In this document: positions 48,788 to 57,846 of the stretch, piece after piece | Layout of the letters: each line of letters begins with the position of its first letter | Position numbering within the stretch: position 1 is the stretch's first letter | From: an uncultured bacterium | Lineage (GTDB): Bacteria; Bdellovibrionota_C; UBA2361; CALJRW01 | NCBI GenBank assembly: GCA_937976335.1 | Contig: CALJRW010000057.1 | Coordinates: forward strand, 1-63,909 | Direction of reading: 5' to 3' | Length of the DNA: 63,909 bases | Notes under the pieces: model-generated | What the model saw: only the letters and a program-made list of their open reading frames with translations | The model's database searches: none | Told to the model about the DNA's origin: nothing | Made by a program: the position numbers and the translations under genes

Positions 48788-49024
48788 CTATTTCTTATTA
48801 AGAATCTCTAATTTTTTCTCGGCCCCTTCTAAAAGTCCTCTTAAGTGCTTTAATAAATGAGCTCCTTTCTCATAAGCAGTAAGAGAGTCATCTAGACCTA
48901 ATTTTCCACTTTCAACTTTTCCAACAAGTTCTTCCATAAGACATAGGCCATCTTCAAATGAGATTTTTTCTAGTTCACTTTTTTTTACATCCTTTTTTAA
49001 GAAATTTTCTAAGTTAATTTTCAT
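48788..49024 (-). CDS. xseB: Exodeoxyribonuclease VII small subunit
   Basis: SFEDGL..MEELV..VESG.L.LDDSL..YEKG; follows xseA. Confidence 0.92.
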   Translation of the reverse strand: MKINLENFLKKDVKKSELEKISFEDGLCLMEELVGKVESGKLGLDDSLTAYEKGAHLLKHLRGLLEGAEKKLEILNKK

Positions 49025-49025
49025 T

Positions 49026-50279
49026 TTACTTATCTATCACAGTAGAACTAAAAACTCCATCTTTGAGTTCAGTAGTTAATATATCATCCTTACTAATATT
49101 CTTAATTGAGCCTACTAACTTATCTTTTCTTTTAACTATAGCAAAGCCTCGCTTTAGAATCTGTTTAGGATTAGAAGCGAATGCTCGATGTTCGATTTGA
49201 TCAATCTTTGAAGTATCAAATTTAATCTTTTTTGACATAGCTTCAAAATTTCTTTTACTTAAAAAATTCATTTTTTCTTGTAGATTTTCAAAAAGTTTAT
49301 CTGGTTTAATAAGTTTTAAATTGGAGGATAAAGTTTTTAACTTTAAGTTAAAGCTCTGAATTAAATTATCGCTCTGAATATTTAACTTATGAAGCAAGTT
49401 ATCTAATTTTTCAGTTAAATTTTTAAATAAATCAAGAATATCATTTAGTTTTTCTTCATAATAATCGAGCGTTTGTAAAAGTTCATTTTTATCAGGCACT
49501 GCAATTTTAGCGGCAGCAGTGGGTGTGGCGGCTCTTTTATCGGCAGCTAGATCGCTTAAGCTAATATCTGTTTCATGTCCAACTCCGCATATAATAGGAA
49601 TTTTAGATGCAAAGATTGCTCTTACTACATCTTCTTCATTAAATGCCCAGAGATCTTCTAAAGATCCTCCTCCACGAGCAAGAATAATTAAATCAACATT
49701 ATTTAAATCATTAAACTTTTTAATTGCATTTTTTATTTCAGAGATTGCTTCACTACCTTGGACTCTGACATCTATTAATCTTTTCTCAACAGTTGGTAAT
49801 CTTTCGTTTAGTATTACTAACATGTCTTGTAGAGCGGCACCCTTTGCCGAAGTAATTAAACCAAGCGATTTAGGAAGGATGGGTAAGGGACGTTTTCTGG
49901 ACTCATCAAACAAACCTTCTTTTTTTAATTTATTTTGAAGTTCAATAAATTTCTTTTTTAGTGCTCCTTCGCCAGCAACTATCATTGTTTTTACAACAAT
50001 AGAAAAACGTCCTGATTTTTTATAAATATTAGGATACCCTTGGCAAAGAACTTGAATTCCATCTTTAGGTTGAAAATTCAATTTGCCTACGTAGGTTCTC
50101 CACATAGCACAATTTAAAACACTTTCTGCATCTTTAATTGAAAAATAATAGTGGCCGCTTGATGCATTTTTTACTTCGGTTAGTTCACCTTGAAAATAAA
50201 TTGTTCCAAATTCTTCTATTAAGGTTTCGTTTAAAAGATCGCTTAGTTCAGAAATGCTTAGGTAATTGTCAGTATTCAC
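49026..50279 (-). CDS. xseA: Exodeoxyribonuclease VII large subunit (start GTG 50279 or TTG 50300)
   Basis: SGHYYFSIKD, EGLFD..RKRPLP, ARGGGSLEDLWAFN, GVGHETD, TPTAAA. Confidence 0.96.
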   Translation of the reverse strand: MNTDNYLSISELSDLLNETLIEEFGTIYFQGELTEVKNASSGHYYFSIKDAESVLNCAMWRTYVGKLNFQPKDGIQVLCQGYPNIYKKSGRFSIVVKTMIVAGEGALKKKFIELQNKLKKEGLFDESRKRPLPILPKSLGLITSAKGAALQDMLVILNERLPTVEKRLIDVRVQGSEAISEIKNAIKKFNDLNNVDLIILARGGGSLEDLWAFNEEDVVRAIFASKIPIICGVGHETDISLSDLAADKRAATPTAAAKIAVPDKNELLQTLDYYEEKLNDILDLFKNLTEKLDNLLHKLNIQSDNLIQSFNLKLKTLSSNLKLIKPDKLFENLQEKMNFLSKRNFEAMSKKIKFDTSKIDQIEHRAFASNPKQILKRGFAIVKRKDKLVGSIKNISKDDILTTELKDGVFSSTVIDK

Positions 50280-50299
50280 TTTAGATAACTTATAGTACA

Positions 50300-50953
50300 A
50301 TGTTCGAAGAAATGAAAGATGAACTAGAAAGGTATAAAGAGAAAATTATATTTAGTTTTAATAGTATTTGGACAGTTTTATTTGTTAGTCTGCCATTGGA
50401 TTTTTTATTGACTAAAGAAATAGTTTCAAAATTTGTCAATCAAGAAATATTACTTTTTATAGAGACTTTATATTTATTAATAGCTTTAACGGGTATTGGC
50501 TTAACTTTTGTTGATTTTGATTTTATTAAGTCTTTTTTCAATAATTTATCTGAACTAAATTTAAAAAATAAGAAAAACTTAATTATTTGGATAGTAATAA
50601 GTCTTTTTGCATTATTAGGATTTATAATAGTTAGTATCGCTTTTTTATCTAATTTAGGTTTTGGAATTTTTATGCCACTTATTATTTGTGTAAGTGGGAT
50701 AGCTAGTTTGATTCAAACTTTAAAAAATCAAAATGCTCAAGATAATTTTGAAAAAAAATCTAAAAAGTTTGAGCTTAAAAGCGTAATTCTTATCTTGTTT
50801 GTTTTATTTTTTCTAAATTTTCGATTTTTACATTTTGTTGGGGTGATTATAGTTTTACATCATGGATGGAGTTTTTATTATTTGATTTTGAATTATTTAG
50901 TTTGTTTTGGATTTTTCTTTTACTTAAAAAATTTAAATGTAGAAATAGACTGA
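50300..50953 (+). CDS. Hypothetical multi-pass membrane protein
   Basis: 217-aa ORF with about 6 hydrophobic segments. Confidence 0.55.
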   Translation: MFEEMKDELERYKEKIIFSFNSIWTVLFVSLPLDFLLTKEIVSKFVNQEILLFIETLYLLIALTGIGLTFVDFDFIKSFFNNLSELNLKNKKNLIIWIVISLFALLGFIIVSIAFLSNLGFGIFMPLIICVSGIASLIQTLKNQNAQDNFEKKSKKFELKSVILILFVLFFLNFRFLHFVGVIIVLHHGWSFYYLILNYLVCFGFFFYLKNLNVEID

Positions 50954-51090
50954 GCGCTTTACTTTCATTACTCTCCGTCTCTATGGCTTAAAAGGCAAAT
51001 GCTTAGCGCGCAGTTGATTTTCCCCTTAAAAACGCTATAATTACTCAAAATTATGTAAAAAAATCAATCAATACAAGGGATTACGTAAAG

Positions 51091-52413
51091 ATGTCTAAAG
51101 AAATAAAAATGCCTCAATTATCTGACACCATGGATAAAGGTAAAATCTTAACTTGGCATAAGAAAGAAGGGGATTCAATTATAAGAGGTGATGTTCTTGC
51201 TGAAGTAGAAACAGATAAGGCTAATTTAGAAATTGAGTCATTTGATGAAGGCACACTTTTAAAAATAGTCATTCCAGCAGATGAAAGTGCATTGGTTGGT
51301 GAAATTATTGCAGTTATTGGGGAAGCTGGAGAAGAGGTGAATATCAGTGCTGAGACTAAGAGTTCTAATGCAAATTCAGAGGAAGTCAAAGAGTTAGTCG
51401 AAACTAAAATAGAATCAGTACCTGTTGAAACTTCATCTCCTGTTTTAAATGTAGCGTCTCCCGTGTCAACTCCTAATGGAAGAGTAAAAGCTTCGCCAAT
51501 TGCAAAAAAACTAGCTAAAGATTTAAATGTTGATTTGTCTTTAATTCAAGGTTCTGGACCTGCAGGAAGAATTATTAAAAAAGATATTGAAACTTTTTCT
51601 GATGCAAGTTCTGGGCAAGCTGTTATTAATCAATCTCCTGCGCCAGTAGCTAGCATTGTCGCTTCAGCTACTCCTCTAGCTACTTCTAAGCTTGTACCGC
51701 AAATGCCAAAACCAATGCCAGTTGCTATTGAAATACCAATTGGCTTGTCGACTTTAAGTAAAATGCGAGAAACAATAGCAAATCGAATGGAAATTGCTAC
51801 AGATACCCCTCATTTCTTCACAACTGTTTCAATAGATATGACAGAGGCAATTAAACTTAGAGCGTCATTTAAGGTTAATCCAAATTATTCATCCATTTCT
51901 ATTAATCATATGATTATCAAAGCTGCCGGATATGCCCTTACTCAAGCTCCAATGGTTAATTGTGCGTACAAAGAAGGTCAATTATTTAATCCTGGTTCGT
52001 TTAATGTTGGGGTTATAACTTCAGTCTCTGATGGTCTCTTAATCCCCGTTGTTAAGGAGGTTGATACTAAGCACATTCTTGATATCGCTCAAGAGGCAAG
52101 AGGTTTAATTGATAGGGCAAGAGAGAAGAAGCCAAGACCTGACGATCTAACTGGAGGAACATTCAGTATTTCGAATATGGGCATGTTTGATGTCGAAAGT
52201 TTTACTGCAATTGTTAATCCTGGTCAGGGTGCTGTTTTAGCTATTAGCTCTACTACTGAACAAGCAGTTGTTGAGCAGGGTAATATTGTTGTTAGGCCTA
52301 AGATGAAAGTCACTCTTTCTGTAGATCACAGAATTATTGATGGTTTAGTTGCTGGAACTTTCTTGAGCGCATTTAAATCTGCAATGGAAAGTCCTGCTTT
52401 AATGATGCTTTAA
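51091..52413 (+). CDS. pdhC: Pyruvate dehydrogenase E2 dihydrolipoamide acetyltransferase
   Basis: Lipoyl domain EVETDKA, E3-binding ASPIAKKLA…GSGPAGRI, catalytic DHRIIDG. Confidence 0.9.
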   Translation: MSKEIKMPQLSDTMDKGKILTWHKKEGDSIIRGDVLAEVETDKANLEIESFDEGTLLKIVIPADESALVGEIIAVIGEAGEEVNISAETKSSNANSEEVKELVETKIESVPVETSSPVLNVASPVSTPNGRVKASPIAKKLAKDLNVDLSLIQGSGPAGRIIKKDIETFSDASSGQAVINQSPAPVASIVASATPLATSKLVPQMPKPMPVAIEIPIGLSTLSKMRETIANRMEIATDTPHFFTTVSIDMTEAIKLRASFKVNPNYSSISINHMIIKAAGYALTQAPMVNCAYKEGQLFNPGSFNVGVITSVSDGLLIPVVKEVDTKHILDIAQEARGLIDRAREKKPRPDDLTGGTFSISNMGMFDVESFTAIVNPGQGAVLAISSTTEQAVVEQGNIVVRPKMKVTLSVDHRIIDGLVAGTFLSAFKSAMESPALMML

Positions 52414-52531
52414 TTTTAAAAGAAAACCTCTTTGGAGTAAGTTTGCGAGCTGAGGTGAGGCTAGGAATTTGCAAGATGTTGTGATATCATCTTGGTGGAA
52501 ATTATTAATTGCTTAATGCCAATACATAATT

Positions 52532-53464
52532 ATGAATTATAAAAATCTTCCAAAGAATGGAAAAAACATAGTTAAGCCGCCGTGGCTTAAAGTTAAAGCC
52601 CCAGGTTCGCCTGAGTATTTACAAACCAAAAGCACTGTCAAACATTTGAACCTAGTCACTGTTTGTGAAGAAGCGCATTGTCCAAATATTGGGGAATGTT
52701 GGAGTCATCATACTGCAACTTTTATGATCATGGGTGAAAATTGTACTAGAAGATGTCATTTTTGTTCAGTTAAAGACGGAACAGTTGAAAATCTTGAACC
52801 GCTCGATCCGCTTGAACCGCACAGAGTGGGCTTGGCTGTTAGTAGACTTAGTTTAAAACATGCAGTTGTTACTTCTGTCGATAGAGATGATGTACATGAT
52901 AATGGAGCGTCACATTTTGCTCAAACCGTTAGAGCAATCAGAGCGCATGCACCAGATTGCAAAGTAGAGCTTCTAATTCCTGATTTGAGAGGAAACGAAA
53001 AAGATCTTAAGACAATAGTTTCTGCTGGAATTGAAGTGCTAAATCATAATGTAGAAACAGTTCCAAGGTTATACAAAAAAGTTAGGCCTGGAGCCGGATA
53101 TATAAGATCTTTAAGTATACTAAGATGGGCTAAGGAAACTAACCCAAATATGATGACTAAATCTGGAATTATGGTTGGTCTTGGTGAAAAGAAAGAAGAA
53201 GTTTTTGCGCTGATGGATGATCTTAGGGCAGTGGGAGTTGATATTATGACAATTGGTCAGTATTTAAGACCAACTGCTAAGCAACTTCCTGTTAGAGATT
53301 TTATTACTCCAGAAGAATTTAAGGAATATGAGACTGTTGGTAAGGAAAAAGGATTTAAATTTATTGAATCTGGGCCACTTGTAAGAAGTTCTTACCATGC
53401 TTGGAAACATACTGTAGAAAAACCTCATGATTCTCAAAAGAGTAGTCTTGCGATTGCTGGTTAA
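52532..53464 (+). CDS. lipA: Lipoyl synthase
   Basis: CEEAHCPNIGEC, CTRRCHFC, NHNVETV, GQYLRP, VRSSYHA. Confidence 0.97.
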   Translation: MNYKNLPKNGKNIVKPPWLKVKAPGSPEYLQTKSTVKHLNLVTVCEEAHCPNIGECWSHHTATFMIMGENCTRRCHFCSVKDGTVENLEPLDPLEPHRVGLAVSRLSLKHAVVTSVDRDDVHDNGASHFAQTVRAIRAHAPDCKVELLIPDLRGNEKDLKTIVSAGIEVLNHNVETVPRLYKKVRPGAGYIRSLSILRWAKETNPNMMTKSGIMVGLGEKKEEVFALMDDLRAVGVDIMTIGQYLRPTAKQLPVRDFITPEEFKEYETVGKEKGFKFIESGPLVRSSYHAWKHTVEKPHDSQKSSLAIAG

Positions 53465-53605
53465 AACGCATTAACATAATTTATGACAAACTGGCTTGTA
53501 TTATCTCTATTCGAACCAATAAAACCGCATATACTAAAACACAAACTTTAGGCAAAGACGTTTAGTCTTTGACAAAAAAACGGTAAAACCTAATGTCGAG
53601 CAGTA

Positions 53606-53747
53606 TAACCACAGAAGCGCAGAAACACAGAATTAGGGTTAAGTAATTCTTGGTTCTTTTGTGTGAAAAAAAAATTATTTAAGGCTCGGAATTTATTATT
53701 GAAGAACTCAGATAACTCTAGAAACTCCACATCACTGAATCAGTAAG
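53606..53747. repeat. Second copy (inverted) of the composite 14697-14802 element
   Basis: 53606-53635 matches the reverse complement of 14773-14802 at 29/30; 53715-53747 resembles the reverse complement of 14697-14737. Confidence 0.75.
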
Positions 53748-53770
53748 AAAAACAAGGATGTTACAGAACA

Positions 53771-55222
53771 TTAAGCACTATACTCTAATTCAAATCTCGC
53801 TTTAAAATGTCTAAGACTAAGCTCTCTTCCATACACTGGTATCGCTTTAGGGATTTTATGGCGATCTTCATATAGTTTTCCAACACACTCTGCAACATAG
53901 TTCATATCGCTTATTTCATACTTATTTCTAGGGATTGCAGCTCTTAAAAAATTATGCTTAGGAAAAGTTTCTTTCTTTGTTTTAGGATCAAAAACTCCAA
54001 AAGCAAAAGCACCTAGTTCTGCAAGTCGTATTCCTTTTAATAAAAGAAGAGCAGATAAGGCAATACCTCCAAAATCTTCTCTTTTTAGCTTAGTGTCAGC
54101 AAAAAATTTATCAATATCAATATAAACGGCATGTCCACCAAAGGGTTCAAGTGTAGGAATACCTTTAGAGGTTAAACTTTCACCAAACTGCTGCACTAAT
54201 GATATTCTACTACCTAGATATTCTTCTGTTACAACAGTTTTCAGTCCTTCAGCGATTACCATTATATCACGACCAGTAAGTCCTCCATAAGTAGGATGTC
54301 CTTCTACTAAAATTTGATGGTCACGGATAGAATTAAGGGCTTTAGGATATTTTTCTGTAAAAGAAGATTCCTTTTTAAGTAATAAAGCTCCTCCCATGTT
54401 TGAAAGTCCATCTTTTTTTAGTGAGATTGTAAATCCGTCACAATAGGAAAAAGTTTCATGAATAATTTCTTGAACAGATCTATCTTTTTCATTTGGCTCT
54501 CTATTTTTAATAAACCAAGCGTTTTCAGCAAATCGACAAGCATCAAGAAAAAAAGGCTTTTTATACTTTTTACAAAGAGCACTAGCTTTACGAATGTTTT
54601 CTAAAGAAACAGGTTGTCCGCCTCCTGTATTATTCGTGATAGTGGTATAAACAATAGGAACATTTAGATCTGAATTAGAAAGTAGCTCTTCTAAAGCTTG
54701 AATGTTAATATTTCCTTTGAAATTTGGATCGACATCTTCTGGATTTGAATAAAGATTTCTTGCTTCCATTTGAGCTCCGACTATATTTGCGTGCGTCGTG
54801 TCAAAATGTCCATTACTAGGTATGATAGAATTTTTATCGCTAATTTCATTAAAAAGTGCAAATTCAGCAGAACGTCCTTGATGAAAGAGATATACTTCCC
54901 ATTCATTTTGACTTATACCGAAAGTCTCTTCAAACCTTTCAAGTAATTTAAAATATCCCCAATTACTTCCATACGCTTCATCTCCTAGCAGCATTGCAGA
55001 TAGCTGTTCAAGAGTTAAGCTAGTAGTGCCGGAGTCAGATAATAGATCTCCTCCTGTTAACATTGCAGAGGGGAATTGAAATACGTTCCATCCTGCTTTT
55101 TCAGCAGCTCGAACTCGATCTTCAAAGGAAAAGCTATGATGAAATCTGACAACTGAATTTGCATATGCACGAGGTGAAGTTTTAGTTTGAAAATTTGCAA
55201 TACTTGTAATTGAATCTTTCAT
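53771..55222 (-). CDS. tnaA: Tryptophanase (PLP beta-eliminating lyase)
   Basis: DLLSDSGT, GDEAYG, HQGR, GGQPVS, SLKKDG (PLP Lys), TYGGL; C-terminal LRHF fits tryptophanase rather than the LRFF of tyrosine phenol-lyase. Confidence 0.8.
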   Translation of the reverse strand: MKDSITSIANFQTKTSPRAYANSVVRFHHSFSFEDRVRAAEKAGWNVFQFPSAMLTGGDLLSDSGTTSLTLEQLSAMLLGDEAYGSNWGYFKLLERFEETFGISQNEWEVYLFHQGRSAEFALFNEISDKNSIIPSNGHFDTTHANIVGAQMEARNLYSNPEDVDPNFKGNINIQALEELLSNSDLNVPIVYTTITNNTGGGQPVSLENIRKASALCKKYKKPFFLDACRFAENAWFIKNREPNEKDRSVQEIIHETFSYCDGFTISLKKDGLSNMGGALLLKKESSFTEKYPKALNSIRDHQILVEGHPTYGGLTGRDIMVIAEGLKTVVTEEYLGSRISLVQQFGESLTSKGIPTLEPFGGHAVYIDIDKFFADTKLKREDFGGIALSALLLLKGIRLAELGAFAFGVFDPKTKKETFPKHNFLRAAIPRNKYEISDMNYVAECVGKLYEDRHKIPKAIPVYGRELSLRHFKARFELEYSA

Positions 55223-55237
55223 ACGAGAAAGATTAGA

Positions 55238-56788
55238 TCAAGATGATTTGCTAATCAAGCTTTTAACAACTGTAACTATGTTAGCTCTTTTAGTTGTTTT
55301 ATCAAGAACTGCATCTGCTTTATAAACTTTAAGTTTTTTTTCAGCAAGTTCTAAATCTAAGCCTGTTAAAATTAAAACTGGAATTTCGCAAATTTTTTTG
55401 TTATTTCTAATTTTTTTTATTAACTCTGCACCATCAATATCTGGCATTAGCAGATCGCAGATAATTACATCTGGATTTTCAGATTCTATTAAGTTAACTG
55501 TGTTACTATCTGCTTCAGTTAAAATTACTTTAAAATTTTCAGCTTCAAATGTAATTTGTAATATGGTCTTTAAATCAGTATCGTCATCAATTACTAAAAG
55601 AGTATTTTTGTCAGATTTTATTTTTTTGTTACTTTTTTGTTCTTCTATAACTTGCTCTATTAAATTATTACAGTTTTTTTGAATATTATTTTTAATGCAG
55701 TTTGATAAGTTACTTTGAAACTGAACTATTTTTTCTAATTTTACTTTTCGTCTAAAATATTTACACAATGCGTCAAAAAAAAGAGGAGTAAAATCTTCTG
55801 CTTGTAGAGCTTGTTCAAATTCTACTAAATCAAGCTCTTCTTCTTCTTTTAGAAGGTGAGACATCTCTTTAGAAATATTTAAAATGCTGTGAATTCCAGT
55901 ATAACCTTTGTATCCTTTATCTTTACAATCTCCACATCCCGAATTTCTAAAATACTTTTTAGCAACAGAGAGTCTAAGACTTTCTGGAATATTTGCTAAT
56001 GTTGAAGAATGTACAAAAGCATCTTCCTTACAATTTACGCAGGCCAGAGGAACAAACTCACTACAAGTCACACCAAGAAGCTCTACTTGGTTAAATTTAT
56101 ATCCATATTCTAGAGCTTGATTGATTGCAGAGTAAGAGTTTTTTGAAACTACATTTGCGATTAAAAGTTTATTTTTACCGTATTCTTTAAAAGTTTTAAT
56201 TGTATCTGCAGATAATAATGGGCCTATGAACATTGCCTTAGATAAAGATAACATTGTTGCAGTCATTGCCGACAAATTTTCTGGAATCATAGACGAAACA
56301 ATTATAAGTCCGGTTTCTTTAGAAAGTATATTTGAGAAATTCTCTTTATTTTTATCAATTAGACCGAACTGTTTTTTGGCTTCATCACAAGTGATCGTAG
56401 TCAAATTTTTAATTTCATTTTTTCTTTGATTCACTATAAATACCGCTATTTTATCTTCTACTCTAATGGAGCATTTATATTCTTCTAATTTAGGAAAATT
56501 TGAATCTTCACTCTTTTTATTAGGCCCTTCACAATAGCGATAAGCTAAAAATTGAAAAATAGAGTCAATAAATTTACTTTCAATATTCGCCTCATTTACA
56601 AGTTTATTTTTCCTATAAATTTGGAGAGAAGTTAAATTACCCTCTTCCTTAGATTTAAAAGAGACAGCATCAGCTTGATTATTTAAAGCTTTTAAGAGTA
56701 TTTCTTTTAAAAGTTTGTAAATTGCAGTTTGTAGATTAATTTTATTTTCCACGTTTATTAGATGATATTTAGGCTTAAATCTATTCAT
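55238..56788 (-). CDS. Degenerate GspE/PilB-like ATPase fused to a C-terminal response-regulator receiver
   Basis: CVNC…GCGDCKDKGYKG zinc motif; Walker A region decayed; REC VIDDD…ICDLLMPDIDG…LTG…K. Confidence 0.7.
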   Translation of the reverse strand: MNRFKPKYHLINVENKINLQTAIYKLLKEILLKALNNQADAVSFKSKEEGNLTSLQIYRKNKLVNEANIESKFIDSIFQFLAYRYCEGPNKKSEDSNFPKLEEYKCSIRVEDKIAVFIVNQRKNEIKNLTTITCDEAKKQFGLIDKNKENFSNILSKETGLIIVSSMIPENLSAMTATMLSLSKAMFIGPLLSADTIKTFKEYGKNKLLIANVVSKNSYSAINQALEYGYKFNQVELLGVTCSEFVPLACVNCKEDAFVHSSTLANIPESLRLSVAKKYFRNSGCGDCKDKGYKGYTGIHSILNISKEMSHLLKEEEELDLVEFEQALQAEDFTPLFFDALCKYFRRKVKLEKIVQFQSNLSNCIKNNIQKNCNNLIEQVIEEQKSNKKIKSDKNTLLVIDDDTDLKTILQITFEAENFKVILTEADSNTVNLIESENPDVIICDLLMPDIDGAELIKKIRNNKKICEIPVLILTGLDLELAEKKLKVYKADAVLDKTTKRANIVTVVKSLISKSS

Positions 56789-57154
56789 AAACCTATCAAT
56801 TAGTTTTTTCTTAATTTTAAATATTTAAGTATATGAAAATGTTATGATTCTTTGCTTAAAAAGTTAATGTATAGTTATCCCAAAAAAAATTTCCAAAAAT
56901 GAGCTTTTAAAACCTTCTATGATTCAGAGCGAAAGCGGCATGTCTCTATAGCTTCAGCTATGGGTAAGGTTTTCAAGAAAAGATTATTTAGCAATTACTT
57001 TTTGTGATAGCTATAGTTAAAATAAATGTAATAGTTTGTAGTAATTCTATAATCACCTTAGCTTAATGACGTTAAGTCACAGAAATTTTATAGCCTAAAA
57101 GAATAACAAAGAGGGTAAGTGAAAAATGGTATAGAAGAGTAGAGAAGATAAAAT

Positions 57155-57185
57155 TTAGGGCTGAAGCTTTATGCTTCAGCCCTAA
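57155..57185. terminator. 13-bp hairpin downstream of the HU-like gene
   Basis: TTAGGGCTGAAGC-tttat-GCTTCAGCCCTAA. Confidence 0.7.
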
Positions 57186-57236
57186 TGTAGTTAATTCATA
57201 TTATTGGAATACAAATATAACTAAAGAAATGATTTA

Positions 57237-57572
57237 CTAAACCATTTCTTTTAATTTTTTAAGTGGTAAAACCTTAACTTTGATAGAAGCAGGCTTAGCC
57301 TTAATATCCATTAGTTCACCTGGTCTGAAAGGATTAGGAACATTCTTTTTAGCTTTTCTTGCAGCTTTTTTTACAGTTTTAATTTTAAGAAGTCCAGGTA
57401 TTTTAAATTGACCAACAGAACCTTTCACGATATGTCTATGTACAATACCATCTAATTCTTCAAAAACACTTGCTACTTGTTTTCTAGTTAATTCTGTTGC
57501 CTCTGCAATCTCAGAAAACATTTGTGATTTGGTCATTGCTTTTCTTAAGCCTTTAACTTTCTTTTTTGCCAT
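57237..57572 (-). CDS. HU-family DNA-binding protein
   Basis: MTKSQMFSEIAE.TELTRKQV, FKIPGL, NPFRPGE.MDIKAKPA..KV. Confidence 0.9.
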   Translation of the reverse strand: MAKKKVKGLRKAMTKSQMFSEIAEATELTRKQVASVFEELDGIVHRHIVKGSVGQFKIPGLLKIKTVKKAARKAKKNVPNPFRPGELMDIKAKPASIKVKVLPLKKLKEMV

Positions 57573-57846
57573 GATTTTTTCTCCTATTAAATTTGGATAA
57601 TGTTATTTTTTATTAAACGATTTAAACTTAGTTTTCATCGTTTTAGTAAATTGTCATAAAAGACTAGCATATAGAGATAAAATGCAGGAATAGATTTTAA
57701 GCTCTTTCTTAGTAAAACCACTTGTTTTTAAGTGAAAAATGGGTGGTGTTTACTTAAGTATTTAAGATATTTAGATATTTTAACTTTGTTTAGCTTAATC
57801 CCTTCCCTAGTTCAAATGTGTTTCCTAAGTTAGATTAGTAGAATAG

